Shown here piece by piece: positions 14,816 through 24,289 of a stretch of DNA of 64,000 bases (positions within the stretch are counted from its first letter, which is position 1; the number at the start of each line of letters is the position of its first letter). The DNA is from Eledone cirrhosa (taxonomy: Eukaryota). Below the pieces are notes generated by a model, which had not been told where the DNA came from, searched no databases, and was given only the letters and a program-made list of their open reading frames with translations. Both the position numbers and the translations under genes were made by a program. The stretch is taken from contig OZ024740.1 of NCBI GenBank assembly GCA_964016885.1, positions 32,240,001-32,304,000 on the forward strand, in the 5' to 3' direction.

Positions 14816-15715
14816 CTCAAATATGTAATGAAATTCCTGCAATGAATCTGAACATAAGACATGAATTGTTAGTACAATACCATATCCACACAACAATTTT
14901 GCTTCTTCTACTCTTGGATGTTGCTCTTAATATGTGTTTTGGTGTGTGTCTGAGTGTGTAAGTTTCCTGTGAGTATATTATTTAAGAAGCACAATTAATA
15001 CATTATAATGAGTTCAATGAAAGATCTTATTGGATGAAAGAATTTGTATGTTGTGATCAAAGAAGCTTAGGATTAAAAACAAGAAATATAGACAAGCTAA
15101 AGTAAAAAAAACAAACAATTTAAAACTAAAGAGTCAAATAAAAATATTTGAATGATATAATAAAGCATAAATGCAAACAATTTATATTTTTTTAAATAGA
15201 ATTTTAAACAGTAGAGATTTATTAAAAGAATAGTTTCATGAAAAGCTATGAAAGAGATTTCAATCAATATTCTAATTGATATGATATCAAACAGTAAACT
15301 GGCTTTCTATTATTGTCGTCTTTCTGAACAACTTAGTCAATTATTTGTTAGACTGGAGATATCCTATTGTTTCCTGGATGAAGCTCAGCCAAATGAATTA
15401 AATCTCGGCAATATTCAACATTGTAAATCACATCTGGCACCAGCCAGCTATCTGAATGGCTTATTGTGTTCTTGACTGCAACCCTATTGGATGGGTATTA
15501 TTAAACAAACTCTCGCCTCCAATCTAAACTTATTCATAGACACATAATGTAGTTGGTTAATAAAATAAAACAACTGCCTGTATGTATTTTTGTTTATTAC
15601 TTTTTGATGTGTTATATATATATATATATATAGTGATGCCTCAGCATGGCCTCAGTCTGTCAAAGATAAGATATATATATATATATATATACCTACATAC
15701 ATGCATACATACATA

Positions 15716-16011
15716 CCAGATATAATGATATGGGACAGGGAAAAGAAGGCATGCACAGTAGTTGAAGTTAGCTGCCCAGTAGATGCCAATATAATATCAA
15801 AGATTAACGAAAAGGAGAATATCTATGCAGAATCAGATTTATACCTGTGATTATTGGGGCACTGGTGTATGTTAGTAACTGCCTCAATACAAATCTTGAG
15901 AAGCTGGGCTTCACAAAAACAGAAAGAACACAACTAGTTAGGAAATTACAAGTACAATCCATTAATGGAACAGTAAAAATAGCTAAAACATTCCAAAAAT
16001 TTTGCATCTAA
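15716..16011 (+). pseudogene. C-terminal restriction-like endonuclease domain of an R4/Dong/NeSL-type non-LTR retrotransposon, 5'-truncated and frameshifted
   Basis: Manual translation gives PDIMIWDREKKACTVVEVSCPVDANIISKINEKENIYAE, then after a frameshift RFIPVIIGALVYV...KLQVQSINGTVKIAKTFQKFCI*. This is the PD-(D/E)xK RLE pattern with the PVIIGALG-like motif. Confidence 0.75.
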
Positions 16012-16051
16012 TAACTGCATATACACTTGTACAGATACATGCACATGCACA

Positions 16052-16503
16052 TTTAGGAGATTAGTATCAGTGTACATATAAAATTATTACAAAAGACAGT
16101 AAATGCCGGTGTGTGTTGATAATGTTTTTACTTCATAGAAGTCAAAGGTATTAAATATAAATGAATCGTTACCCGATGGTCACAACTCCAGGCTGAAGTG
16201 TGTAGAGAAAAGAAGTGATCTTTTCTAGCTGGTGTTAACATCTTAGGCTCTCAGGCTGCATGTTGCATTCTTCTTGGTGGCGAAGGATTATCAAAAAGGA
16301 ATCATCTCATGCTAAGGTCGCAGGTGTTACCACTTTGGATTTCAGGAGGCGAGAGAGAGAATCTTCAAATCTTGTTCCTTTTATAGGGTCTGACCGGAAG
16401 TGACCAACAGGGAGTCTCATTCCAAAGGGAAGCAACTCCAGCAACTTCCTGTCTAGAGAGCAGTGATGAGATTGTCATGGCAAGGGAGGCAACTCTTGCT
16501 ACA
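16052..16503 (-). repeat. 3' LTR of the Gypsy element (452 bp)
   Basis: Direct repeat of 23594-24048 with 4 substitutions and one 3-bp indel by eye; on the minus strand it starts TGTAGC and ends CCTAAA. Confidence 0.95.
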
Positions 16504-16515
16504 TTATCTCCCGCC
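16504..16515 (-). other. Polypurine tract of the Gypsy element
   Basis: Minus strand GGCGGGAGATAA immediately before the TGT of the 3' LTR. Confidence 0.85.
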
Positions 16516-17113
16516 AGATTTTTAAAACATAAAAATCGAAAGAAGCATGCATAGAGTAAGATGGCGCGCATGTAAGAGGCATGAACATTATGATACAATG
16601 TAATAAAAGTAAGAGAAAAGGTCAAAGTTCAAATCTTCAAAATACAGTTCACATGTGTGCAATCACATGACAGCAGTAAAGAATGTGTTCCAGAGAATGA
16701 ATGCAGGTGGTTTCTGGTCTGTGGTATAACGTGAAATTTCCGACTTCCGAAGGGATTTTCTCACAGGAAGAGTGCTGCAGAAATAAATTCTCTGGCTTGT
16801 TCTGCTGGTTTTGGTTGTTGATGAAGCTGTGTTGTTGTTGTTGATGTTGTGAATGCGTTGACCTGGAAGGGTCAAGAGGCCAGCGACCAGAGAAATAAGC
16901 ATTCTTAATAAATGCACAGTTTTCAACGGAAAATTTACGTGGTAAATTTTTAAACCGGCAAATAGAAGAATATAGCTTAAAATGTTCGTTGTAAAATGAA
17001 ACGAAAAACATATCTATACATCCAGTGAAATGGTAATGAGAGGTACATTGTAATACAACAAATCAATAAATAACAAGAACAGCAAAAAAAAATATAAGGC
17101 TCCAGTGGCCAGT

Positions 17114-18373
17114 TCATATAAAAATAGTTTGGCAGAACTTTTTGGGCCAGTGGACTCTCCGACCGGAACGGGTCGTAGTCTTGTATGTAGGTGAAGGTGG
17201 GGCAGAAGGAGCAGGTGTATGCACAAGAGAGAAAGATTGGGGTATTTGTGGCTCGGGTGTATGAGCGTCATTGTGTGCCCTTTTCAGTCTATCCACCGAA
17301 ATTGTCTCTCTGGACCCCTTAACGTCTACAGTAAAATGTTTGTCAGTACGTGCTAACACACGGTAGTGTCCAAAGTATGGTGGTGTGAGGGGTGGTCTCA
17401 CAGCATCGTTCCTTACGAACACATGGGTCCACGAGGCAATGTCCCTCGGGACCGCAGGTTTTACTGTTTGTTTCCTCGTATCCATCGGCGGCAGGTCCTG
17501 AAAATAAGAACGCAGACGGGATACGTAGGAAAGCGGATCTTGGATAGCAAGATCAACAGGGGCAAGCATTTGCCCAGGCAACGCTAGAGGAGCACCGTAA
17601 ATTAATTCGGCCGGGGAGAAGCCAAGGTCCTCCTTTATTGATGACCGAATTCCTAATAACACAATAGGAAGGTACTCGCTCCAACGTTGAGAGTCTGGAT
17701 AGGCGCGAAGAGCGGCCTTTAATTGGCGGTGGAACCGTTCCACCATTCCATTTGAAGCAGGATGATAGGCTGTGGTCCGAATCCGTTGAGCTCCAATTAT
17801 TTTTGTGAGCTCCGAGAAGAGATGGGACTCGAATTGTCTACCACGGTCTGTGGTGAGTGTAGTTGGTACCCCAAAGCGGGTAATCCACCCTGATACCAGG
17901 GCACGTGCTACAGTCTCAGCAGTCATGTCTTGTAAAGGGATGGCTTCAGGCCATCGCCAAAAACGATCGACACACGTCAATATGTAAGAATATCCACTGC
18001 TGAATGGCCAAGGTCCAACGATGTCAATGTGGATGTGTTGAAACCGAGCATCTGGAGTACTGAAAGTACCAAGTGGGGTCCGGATGTGTCTATGGATCTT
18101 CGATTTCTGGCAAGCGATGCCGGAACGGCACCAAGCAGCAATGTCGCGCCTCATATTTGGCCAGAAGAATCTGGCTGTTATGAGTTTAACTGTGGCAGCA
18201 GATCCTGGATGAGAAATGTTGTGCAAAGCCAGGAACACAATTCGACGGTGAGTCTCAGGAACAAGTGGTCGTGGTGCATCAGTAGATACATCACATAGAA
18301 TCTGTCTGTCGGTGGTGGACAAGGGCAGATATTTGAAAATGCAAGTCGCAAATTCAGTAGAAAGAGTGTCCAA
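17114..18373 (-). CDS. Gypsy integrase (part of disrupted pol)
   Basis: H..H zinc motif with a damaged CxxC (GIAC), core HIDIVGP / TTDRGRQF / NGMVERFHR (DDE), GPY/F-like PPYFGHYRV; in frame with RT-RNaseH but separated by a TAG at 18431. Confidence 0.92.
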   Translation of the reverse strand: MDTLSTEFATCIFKYLPLSTTDRQILCDVSTDAPRPLVPETHRRIVFLALHNISHPGSAATVKLITARFFWPNMRRDIAAWCRSGIACQKSKIHRHIRTPLGTFSTPDARFQHIHIDIVGPWPFSSGYSYILTCVDRFWRWPEAIPLQDMTAETVARALVSGWITRFGVPTTLTTDRGRQFESHLFSELTKIIGAQRIRTTAYHPASNGMVERFHRQLKAALRAYPDSQRWSEYLPIVLLGIRSSIKEDLGFSPAELIYGAPLALPGQMLAPVDLAIQDPLSYVSRLRSYFQDLPPMDTRKQTVKPAVPRDIASWTHVFVRNDAVRPPLTPPYFGHYRVLARTDKHFTVDVKGSRETISVDRLKRAHNDAHTPEPQIPQSFSLVHTPAPSAPPSPTYKTTTRSGRRVHWPKKFCQTIFI

Positions 18374-18430
18374 CGATTGGAGTGCAGGTTGGTCTGCAGC
18401 TAAACGACCTAAGTCGATCTCCTGGGATGA

Positions 18431-19840
18431 CTAGATGGAGCTAATTGGCAGACGTGACAATGCGTCTGCAACTATGTTGTGCGAGCCGGCAATGTACTGG
18501 AGATCGTTTGTAAATTGTGAAACGTAGTCCAGGTGCCTTGTCTCTCTGGGCGAATATCTGTCGGCTTTGGCCCTCAAAGCGAAGGTCAACGGTTTGTGGT
18601 CGGTAAAAACCGTAAACTTTCTCCCCTCAAGAATATGAGAGAAATGTTTCACCGACAGATATATGGCTAATAATTCCCACCCAAACGTGCTATAACGCGT
18701 TTCTGCTGGTTTCAACTTCCTTGAGAAAAATGCCAAAGGTTGTTGGTTTTCAGCGTAGGACTGCTGTAAAACTGCTCCCACAGCAGTATCAGATGCATCA
18801 ACACAAAGCGAAAGCTTGGCCTCTGGTACCGGGTGGGCTAGCAAAGAAGAACTAGCGAGTGCTGTCTTGGCAGACTGGAAGTCCTGAAGCTGTCCTTGTG
18901 TCAAGGAAATGTCTTCATTCTTCTTACGACGATTTTTAAAAATGTCAGTAAGGGAAGATAGCAAATTAGCACAATGAGGAATGCAACGCCTATAGAAATT
19001 GATTAGGCCTAAGAAGTGACGCAACTGGTGAAGTGTAGTAGGCGGGGGTAACTCCTGTATGGCTTGAACTCGCTGAGGGAGCGGCCTAATACCTTCGGCG
19101 TCGATGAGGTGGCCTAAAAAATTTAGGGAAGTGGAACCGAAAACACACTTTGCAGGATTCACGCGAACGCGGTAATCCTGAACTCGCCGAAATAAGAGAA
19201 ACATGTGGCACATATGCTCTTCCGGAGAGGAACTAGCGACGAGAATATCGTCTATGTAAGCATAAACGAAGTCCAGACCACGCGTGACCTCGTCTATGAA
19301 CCGCTGAAAAGTGCTAGCGGCGTTCCTGAGTCTGAAAGGCATGGTCAAAAATTCGAAGGATCCGAAAGGGGTTGTAATCGCCGTTTTCGAAATATCCTCC
19401 TTCCTGACCGGAATTTGGTGGTAGGCTCGCACTAAATCTAACTTAGAAAAAATCTTACACCCCTGCAGTGAAGATGCAAAATCGTGGAGATGGGGAATGG
19501 GATACCTATCCGGGACGGTCATGGCATTTAACCTCCTATAATCCCTCGTGGGTCTCCAGTCGCCGGAAGTCTTGGGCACCATGTATAACGGTGAAGCCCA
19601 AGGACTCATAGATGGGCGAATAATGCCCAGCTGCAGCATATGGTCGAACTCGGACCGTGCTGCCTTTAATTTTTCCGTCGGTAAGCGGCGTGGACGCGAA
19701 AACACTGGAGCACCGGTGGTGGAAACAAAATGTTCGGTCGAGTGTGTTGGGTCAGTGACTCGAAAATTTCTATCCGTGAGCTCTGGGAAAGAATCCAGCA
19801 ACGCATGGTAGGCGTCTCCAGCGGCAGCGACGAAGAACAT
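18431..19840 (-). CDS. Gypsy reverse transcriptase and RNase H (part of disrupted pol)
   Basis: [58 protein letters not shown]. Confidence 0.95.
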   Translation of the reverse strand: MFFVAAAGDAYHALLDSFPELTDRNFRVTDPTHSTEHFVSTTGAPVFSRPRRLPTEKLKAARSEFDHMLQLGIIRPSMSPWASPLYMVPKTSGDWRPTRDYRRLNAMTVPDRYPIPHLHDFASSLQGCKIFSKLDLVRAYHQIPVRKEDISKTAITTPFGSFEFLTMPFRLRNAASTFQRFIDEVTRGLDFVYAYIDDILVASSSPEEHMCHMFLLFRRVQDYRVRVNPAKCVFGSTSLNFLGHLIDAEGIRPLPQRVQAIQELPPPTTLHQLRHFLGLINFYRRCIPHCANLLSSLTDIFKNRRKKNEDISLTQGQLQDFQSAKTALASSSLLAHPVPEAKLSLCVDASDTAVGAVLQQSYAENQQPLAFFSRKLKPAETRYSTFGWELLAIYLSVKHFSHILEGRKFTVFTDHKPLTFALRAKADRYSPRETRHLDYVSQFTNDLQYIAGSHNIVADALSRLPISSI

Positions 19841-20099
19841 GGGCTGACTATTGGAGCATTGGCTTCCTGGCCATGAATTGAAAAACCGGTGATGTTATCC
19901 ACCAGGCGTTGGCCACGGACGTCCACAGTTAAAGAGAAGTTGTGGAGGAAATCCGCTCCTAAGATGGGATATGGCAAATCGGCAACCGTAAAAATCCACT
20001 TAAAATCCCTTCGAAGATTTAGGAATTTAAGAGGAAGCGAATTTGCCCGTACGTCTTTATAGACGAGTGGTTAACTGCCTGCAGCGTAACAGATGACTC
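19841..20099 (-). pseudogene. C-terminal half of the Gypsy aspartic protease, frameshifted
   Basis: ESSVTLQAVNHSSIKTYGQ then FKWIFTVADLPYPILGADFLHNFSLTVDV; frameshifts near 20040 and 19840. Confidence 0.85.
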
Positions 20100-20464
20100 T
20101 GTAGCGGTTGTCTCCCTTGTTTTGATTAGGATCTAGACGGGAAGTGGAACCCTTTCTGCAACTTCCGGTCAGAGCCCTATAAAACTAACAACTTTAAGCT
20201 TCCTTTCTCTCTTTGCCTTTTCGGCACCAGGTCGAAGAGCCTCTCATTTGGCTCTGCCATTAATTTGGCCAACAGGCGCCTGGCCTTAGCCAGGCGCCCT
20301 CTGCCAGCCGCGTTTGCCTGGCAATCAAAACGGTAACTACTAACTTTGTTTCATTCTAACATCTATCTTTGACATGTCAAGTATTCTATCTACCGTTAAT
20401 TAAATATTATATACACAAACAATGTCTCGTTTTGTTATTTTCATACACCAGTACCCTCGCTATA
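20100..20464 (+). repeat. 5' LTR of the nested element
   Basis: TGTAGCG...CGCTATA; identical by eye to 21832-22197 except for the last ~28 bp. Confidence 0.93.
20161..20184 (+). promoter_or_regulatory. ETS-like motif plus TATA box in the nested LTR
   Basis: ACTTCCGGTCAGAGCCCTATAAAA; near-identical ACTTCCGGTCAGACCCTATAAAA in the host LTRs (minus strand, 23924-23946). Confidence 0.6.
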
Positions 20465-20465
20465 T

Positions 20466-20483
20466 TGGTAACCCTGACGTGAT
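20466..20483 (+). other. Primer-binding site (tRNA-Trp) of the nested element
   Basis: TGGTAACCCTGACGTGAT, 1 nt after the LTR; two mismatches to the complement of the metazoan tRNA-Trp 3' end (TGGTGACCCCGACGTGAT). Confidence 0.85.
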
Positions 20484-21819
20484 ACGAACACGCAGCCGTT
20501 CATCGCTATAAGGGTCACCCCCCCCCCCCCAAAAAAAAAGAAAAAAATAGCACATCTGGTTTTGTGAGTAACATTACGAATACACAGCAAATTTAGCGAC
20601 AAACTATGAAAATACTCAAGGACACGCACACACGCACATGTGGAATTCGCACAGACATACTTTTTCTCTCACGCATCAATTAACTGTCGCATTTCACCAA
20701 TATATATATATATATGTTTCTCGTTTCTTACAACGAACACTTTCAAAACAAAAAAAAACATTTCACGATATATATATATGTTTCTCGTTTCTTACAACGA
20801 ACTCTTTCAAAACACAAAAAAAAAAAAGAAATTTGATATTCTTTAAAAAACATTTCAACAGGAACATTTATTTTCGATGAACCATTGCCTTTTGTTCATC
20901 GTTTTCTTCATCGTTCTAGTTTTTTGTTTTTTTCCAGAGTTCACACCAATAATTATGCTGAGTGAAGCCTTTCTTTTTCATCATTGTCACTTTCAAAATT
21001 GCACTATCATTTTCTCGCGCGTTAGAAATATTTTTTTTTCAACCTTGTATTGGCACGTGTAGGCAGCATAAATTCTCGATTCACTGAGATGTCTCTACTC
21101 ACAGACAGCCGCACGCCAGAGATAGCATTTCTCCCCCAAGGATTCTTCAGCCTTAAGCTATATTCTTCTATTTGCCGGTTTATAAATTTACAATGTAAAT
21201 TTACAGTTGATAACCGCGCATTTATTAAGAATGCTTATTTCTCTGGTCGCTGGCCTCTTGACCCTTCCAGGTCAACGCATTCTCAACATCGACCATCAAC
21301 TTCGGCTACTATTTCTAGCACTTTGCGCAACTCATTTTTTCTAAAAAAAAATTTTTTTACTGTGAATTTAAACACCGAATACGCTCACTCAGCGAGACAA
21401 CAGCAGCAGCAACAGCAATACATCAATACAGCTTCACCAAAGCCAGAGAATTCATTTTTGCAGCACTCTTCCTGTGAGAAAATCCATTCGGAGGTTGGAA
21501 ATTTCACGATATACCACAGAACAGAAACCACCTGCATTCATTCTCTGGAACACACTTTCTTTCCTGCTGTCATGTGATTGCACACCTGTGAACTATATTT
21601 TGAACTTTGAGCTCTTCTATTACTTTTACTTTATTACATTGTATCTTTGGGTGATGGATAGATGGATGTCCAGTCGTTCTCTGGCCAAGAGCGGTTGGCT
21701 ACCTTGATATCTATCATTGATTTTTCCAAACATTCTTTTGTCGTAATTTTCATGCCTGTTACAACATTCTCGCCAACTTGCTACATATTTTCATTTCGAT
21801 TTTTATACACTAAAATTCT

Positions 21820-21831
21820 GGCGGGAGGTTA
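21820..21831 (+). other. Polypurine tract of the nested element
   Basis: GGCGGGAGGTTA directly before TGT of the 3' LTR; the first 8 nt equal the host PPT. Confidence 0.85.
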
Positions 21832-22197
21832 TGTAGCGGTTGTCTCCCTTGTTTTGATTAGGATCTAGACGGGAAGTGGAACCCTTTCTGCAACTTCCGG
21901 TCAGAGCCCTATAAAACTAACAACTTTAAGCTTCCTTTCTCTCTTTGCCTTTTCGGCACCAGGTCGAAGAGCCTCTCATTTGGCTCTGCCATTAATTTGG
22001 CCAACAGGCGCCTGGCCTTAGCCAGGCGCCCTCTGCCAGCCGCGTTTGCCTGGCAATCAAAACGGTAACTACTAACTTTGTTTCATTCTAACATCTATCT
22101 TTGACATGTCAAGTATTCTATCTACCGTTAATTAAATATTATATACACAAACAATGTCTCGTTTTGTTACATTCATACAGCCAGTACCCTCCTTATA
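21832..22197 (+). repeat. 3' LTR of the nested element
   Basis: Direct repeat of 20100-20464, followed by TSD ACTC. Confidence 0.93.
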
Positions 22198-22366
22198 ACT
22201 CTATGGGGGTATCTTTCAGGCAATGGACCGGCCAAATACTACAGGAGGCTCCTGTATCCACGAGGAAACCTCTTCCGGACATTAGGTCCTTAATGAAGAA
22301 ATGGCGGTTTGGTGGCTTTATGTTGAGGTCAGCTGTCCCCATTAGAGGACCTCTTAGGCGTTTCCC
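22198..22366 (-). pseudogene. N-terminal half of the Gypsy aspartic protease (start of pol), interrupted by the nested insertion
   Basis: RHFFIKDLMSGRGFLVDTGASCSIWP contains the DTG catalytic motif; lies in the -1 frame relative to gag. Confidence 0.9.
22325..22366 (-). promoter_or_regulatory. Predicted -1 ribosomal frameshift signal between gag and pol
   Basis: Minus strand G_GGA_AAC slippery heptamer just before the gag stop, 6-nt spacer, then stem GAGGTC...GACCTC. Confidence 0.75.
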
Positions 22367-23130
22367 GCCATATGAAAGGAGCAAGGTTGCACGCAGTGAT
22401 TCGCGTTCTCAGCAAATCGCTCGTGGTACCAGCATAAAGATGAAGCTGGTGATTTAGAACGCCGTCTAAAACTTTGCGATCTCCCGTGACTGCGGGGGCG
22501 CGAACAGGCACCACACAAGGCCTTCATCTTGTGGAGCTCTATGGTGAGCTCCTGAATGGACCTTTGCATCGTTATAATGGTCGAGCTGTCTATTGGCGCT
22601 GCCGCGTAGATCGCATGGCCGTGTGTGGCCCGAGCTGGGTGGTGAACAGCCGCAAGGGGGTCGCTGCCTCCGGCATTCGTCACCTCAAAAACTTTGTCCG
22701 CAGATGCGGCAAGCTGATCCACCGTGCTTGTATCCCTCATGGGAGGCAAAATTGCCTGTACGTTGGTCGGCAGGCGCGAGAAGAACAACTGCTTCATCAG
22801 GGCAGTTTCCGCTACCGACCCCTCCGTTAGGTCCTTCATTCGCCTTAGGAGGTTTGATGGGGTGCCATCCCCTATATGCTCCAGATGGACCAGAGCCCTA
22901 AATCTTTTTTCTGAAGACTGTTCTGTCCGGCTGAGTATTTCAGCTTTCAGAGACGTGTACGACGAGTCTGTGGGTGTCTCTAACACCAGGTCCTTAACCG
23001 CTGGGAGAATTGCCGGCGGAATTGCACTAAGGACCACAGAACGTTGTAGTTCCTCATCAACTCTGTTCGCCCTGAAGAATGCTTCTAGCTGGGCGAACCA
23101 TAGCCTTACATCGTCCGAGTGGGAAGCCAT
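22354..23130 (-). CDS. Gypsy Gag
   Basis: WFAQLEAFF N-terminal motif, GDGTPSNLLRRM, LFFSRLP, C-terminal CWYHERFAENANHCVQPC knuckle. Confidence 0.9.
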   Translation of the reverse strand: MASHSDDVRLWFAQLEAFFRANRVDEELQRSVVLSAIPPAILPAVKDLVLETPTDSSYTSLKAEILSRTEQSSEKRFRALVHLEHIGDGTPSNLLRRMKDLTEGSVAETALMKQLFFSRLPTNVQAILPPMRDTSTVDQLAASADKVFEVTNAGGSDPLAAVHHPARATHGHAIYAAAPIDSSTIITMQRSIQELTIELHKMKALCGACSRPRSHGRSQSFRRRSKSPASSLCWYHERFAENANHCVQPCSFHMAGNA

Positions 23131-23321
23131 TGGTATACCATAGGCAATTTACCGTTTGGAAAAATGTCTCTAACGCAACAGAAAAGGAAAACAAAATCGC
23201 TTATTTTTCCCTGTCAAACAACTGGACAGGAAAAATAATGCATCCGGGACAATAAGCAAAGAAGCGATTAAGTTAATGCTGTTATTACTAAGGTAAGGGC
23301 AAGGGACTTAAAAAAAAATCC

Positions 23322-23348
23322 AACATGGCGGACCATTTCGCGCCAAAA
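23322..23348. promoter_or_regulatory. Adjacent YY1-like and E2F-like motifs in the Gypsy 5' leader
   Basis: AACATGGCGG (23322-23331) and TTTCGCGCCAAAA (23336-23348); motif match only. Confidence 0.4.
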
Positions 23349-23574
23349 ACACAATTGATGGAGAAGATAGACTCCATCTTGTCATCCTCAAAAATGTTTA
23401 GCCAGAGAAGAGAAGGAGAGAAAAAAAAAAAAAAATTCATACAATTGCTGTTTGTCTGTGTGTCAATAATTGTAGGTGTTCGTTTTGTATTAAATTGTTA
23501 TTTTTTTTTCTTTTTCTTCTGTTTTTTTTTCCCTATATACACCGTACACCATTTCCCATTTTTTTTTTTTTTAA

Positions 23575-23592
23575 ATCACGCCGGGGTCACCA
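23575..23592 (-). other. Primer-binding site (tRNA-Trp) of the Gypsy element
   Basis: Minus strand TGGTGACCCCGGCGTGAT, 1 nt from the 5' LTR; the plus strand reads like a tRNA-Trp 3' end ATCACG(C)CGGGGTCACCA. Confidence 0.9.
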
Positions 23593-23593
23593 C

Positions 23594-24048
23594 TTTAGGA
23601 GATTAGTATCAGTGTACATATAAAATTATTATAAAAGACAGTAAATGCCGGTGTGTGTTGATAATGTTTTTACTTCATAGAAGTCAAAGGTATTAAACAT
23701 AAATGAATCGTTACCCGATGGTCACAACTCCAGGCTGAAGTGTGTAGAGAAAAGAAGTGATCTTTTCTAGCTGGTGTTAACATCTTCTTAGGCTCTCAGG
23801 CTGCATGTTGCATTCTTCTTGGTGGCGAAGGATTATCAAAAAGGAATCATCTCATGCTAAGGTCGCAGGTGTTACCACTTTGGATTTCAGGAGGCGAGAG
23901 AGAGAATCTTCAAATCTTGTTCCTTTTATAGGGTCTGACCGGAAGTGACCAACAGGAAGTCTCATTCCAAAGGGAAGCAACTCCAGCAACTTCCTGTCTA
24001 GAGAGCGGTGATGAGATTGTCATGGCAAGGGAGGCAACTCTTGCTACA
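23594..24048 (-). repeat. 5' LTR of the Gypsy element (455 bp)
   Basis: About 99% identical to 16052-16503. Confidence 0.95.
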
Positions 24049-24289
24049 CCCACAAACAACTCAAAACATCCACATCCACACATACAATAAAATCCATACC
24101 TGTACACATGCATGCATGCAGACATATCTACCTAGTTGATGTTGTGTAAATTCTAATGAGACAGTCTTATATTTATGTTAGAAACCGACTCTCTCTCTAT
24201 TGGCAAACATTTGTAGAATTATAAAACCAAAAGAACATACATACATACATATATGTGTGTGTGTATGTATAAAAATTCCCATTAATGCC

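Larger units (their letters stand above)
20100..22197 (+). mobile_element. Nested non-autonomous LTR retroelement (TRIM/LARD-like, 2.1 kb) inserted antisense into the Gypsy protease
   Basis: LTRs at 20100-20464 and 21832-22197; TSD ACTC at 20096-20099 and 22198-22201; PBS TGGTAACCCTGACGTGAT; PPT GGCGGGAGGTTA; no gag or pol homology inside; protease reading resumes across the TSD. Confidence 0.93.
16052..24048 (-). mobile_element. Ty3/Gypsy LTR retrotransposon, full length and decayed, containing a nested element
   Basis: Two ~453-bp LTRs, tRNA-Trp PBS, PPT, and gag-PR-RT-RNaseH-IN order on the minus strand. Confidence 0.97.

Noticed and set aside
15248-15475. Possible additional host exon
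   Set aside because: No recognisable protein similarity or convincing splice-site pair
17366-23143. Plus-strand ORFs overlapping gag and pol
   Set aside because: Antisense shadows of the Gypsy coding sequence
24156-24192. CTAATGA...GAAACCG hammerhead-like spacing
   Set aside because: Core mutated, no GUH triplet and no stem I
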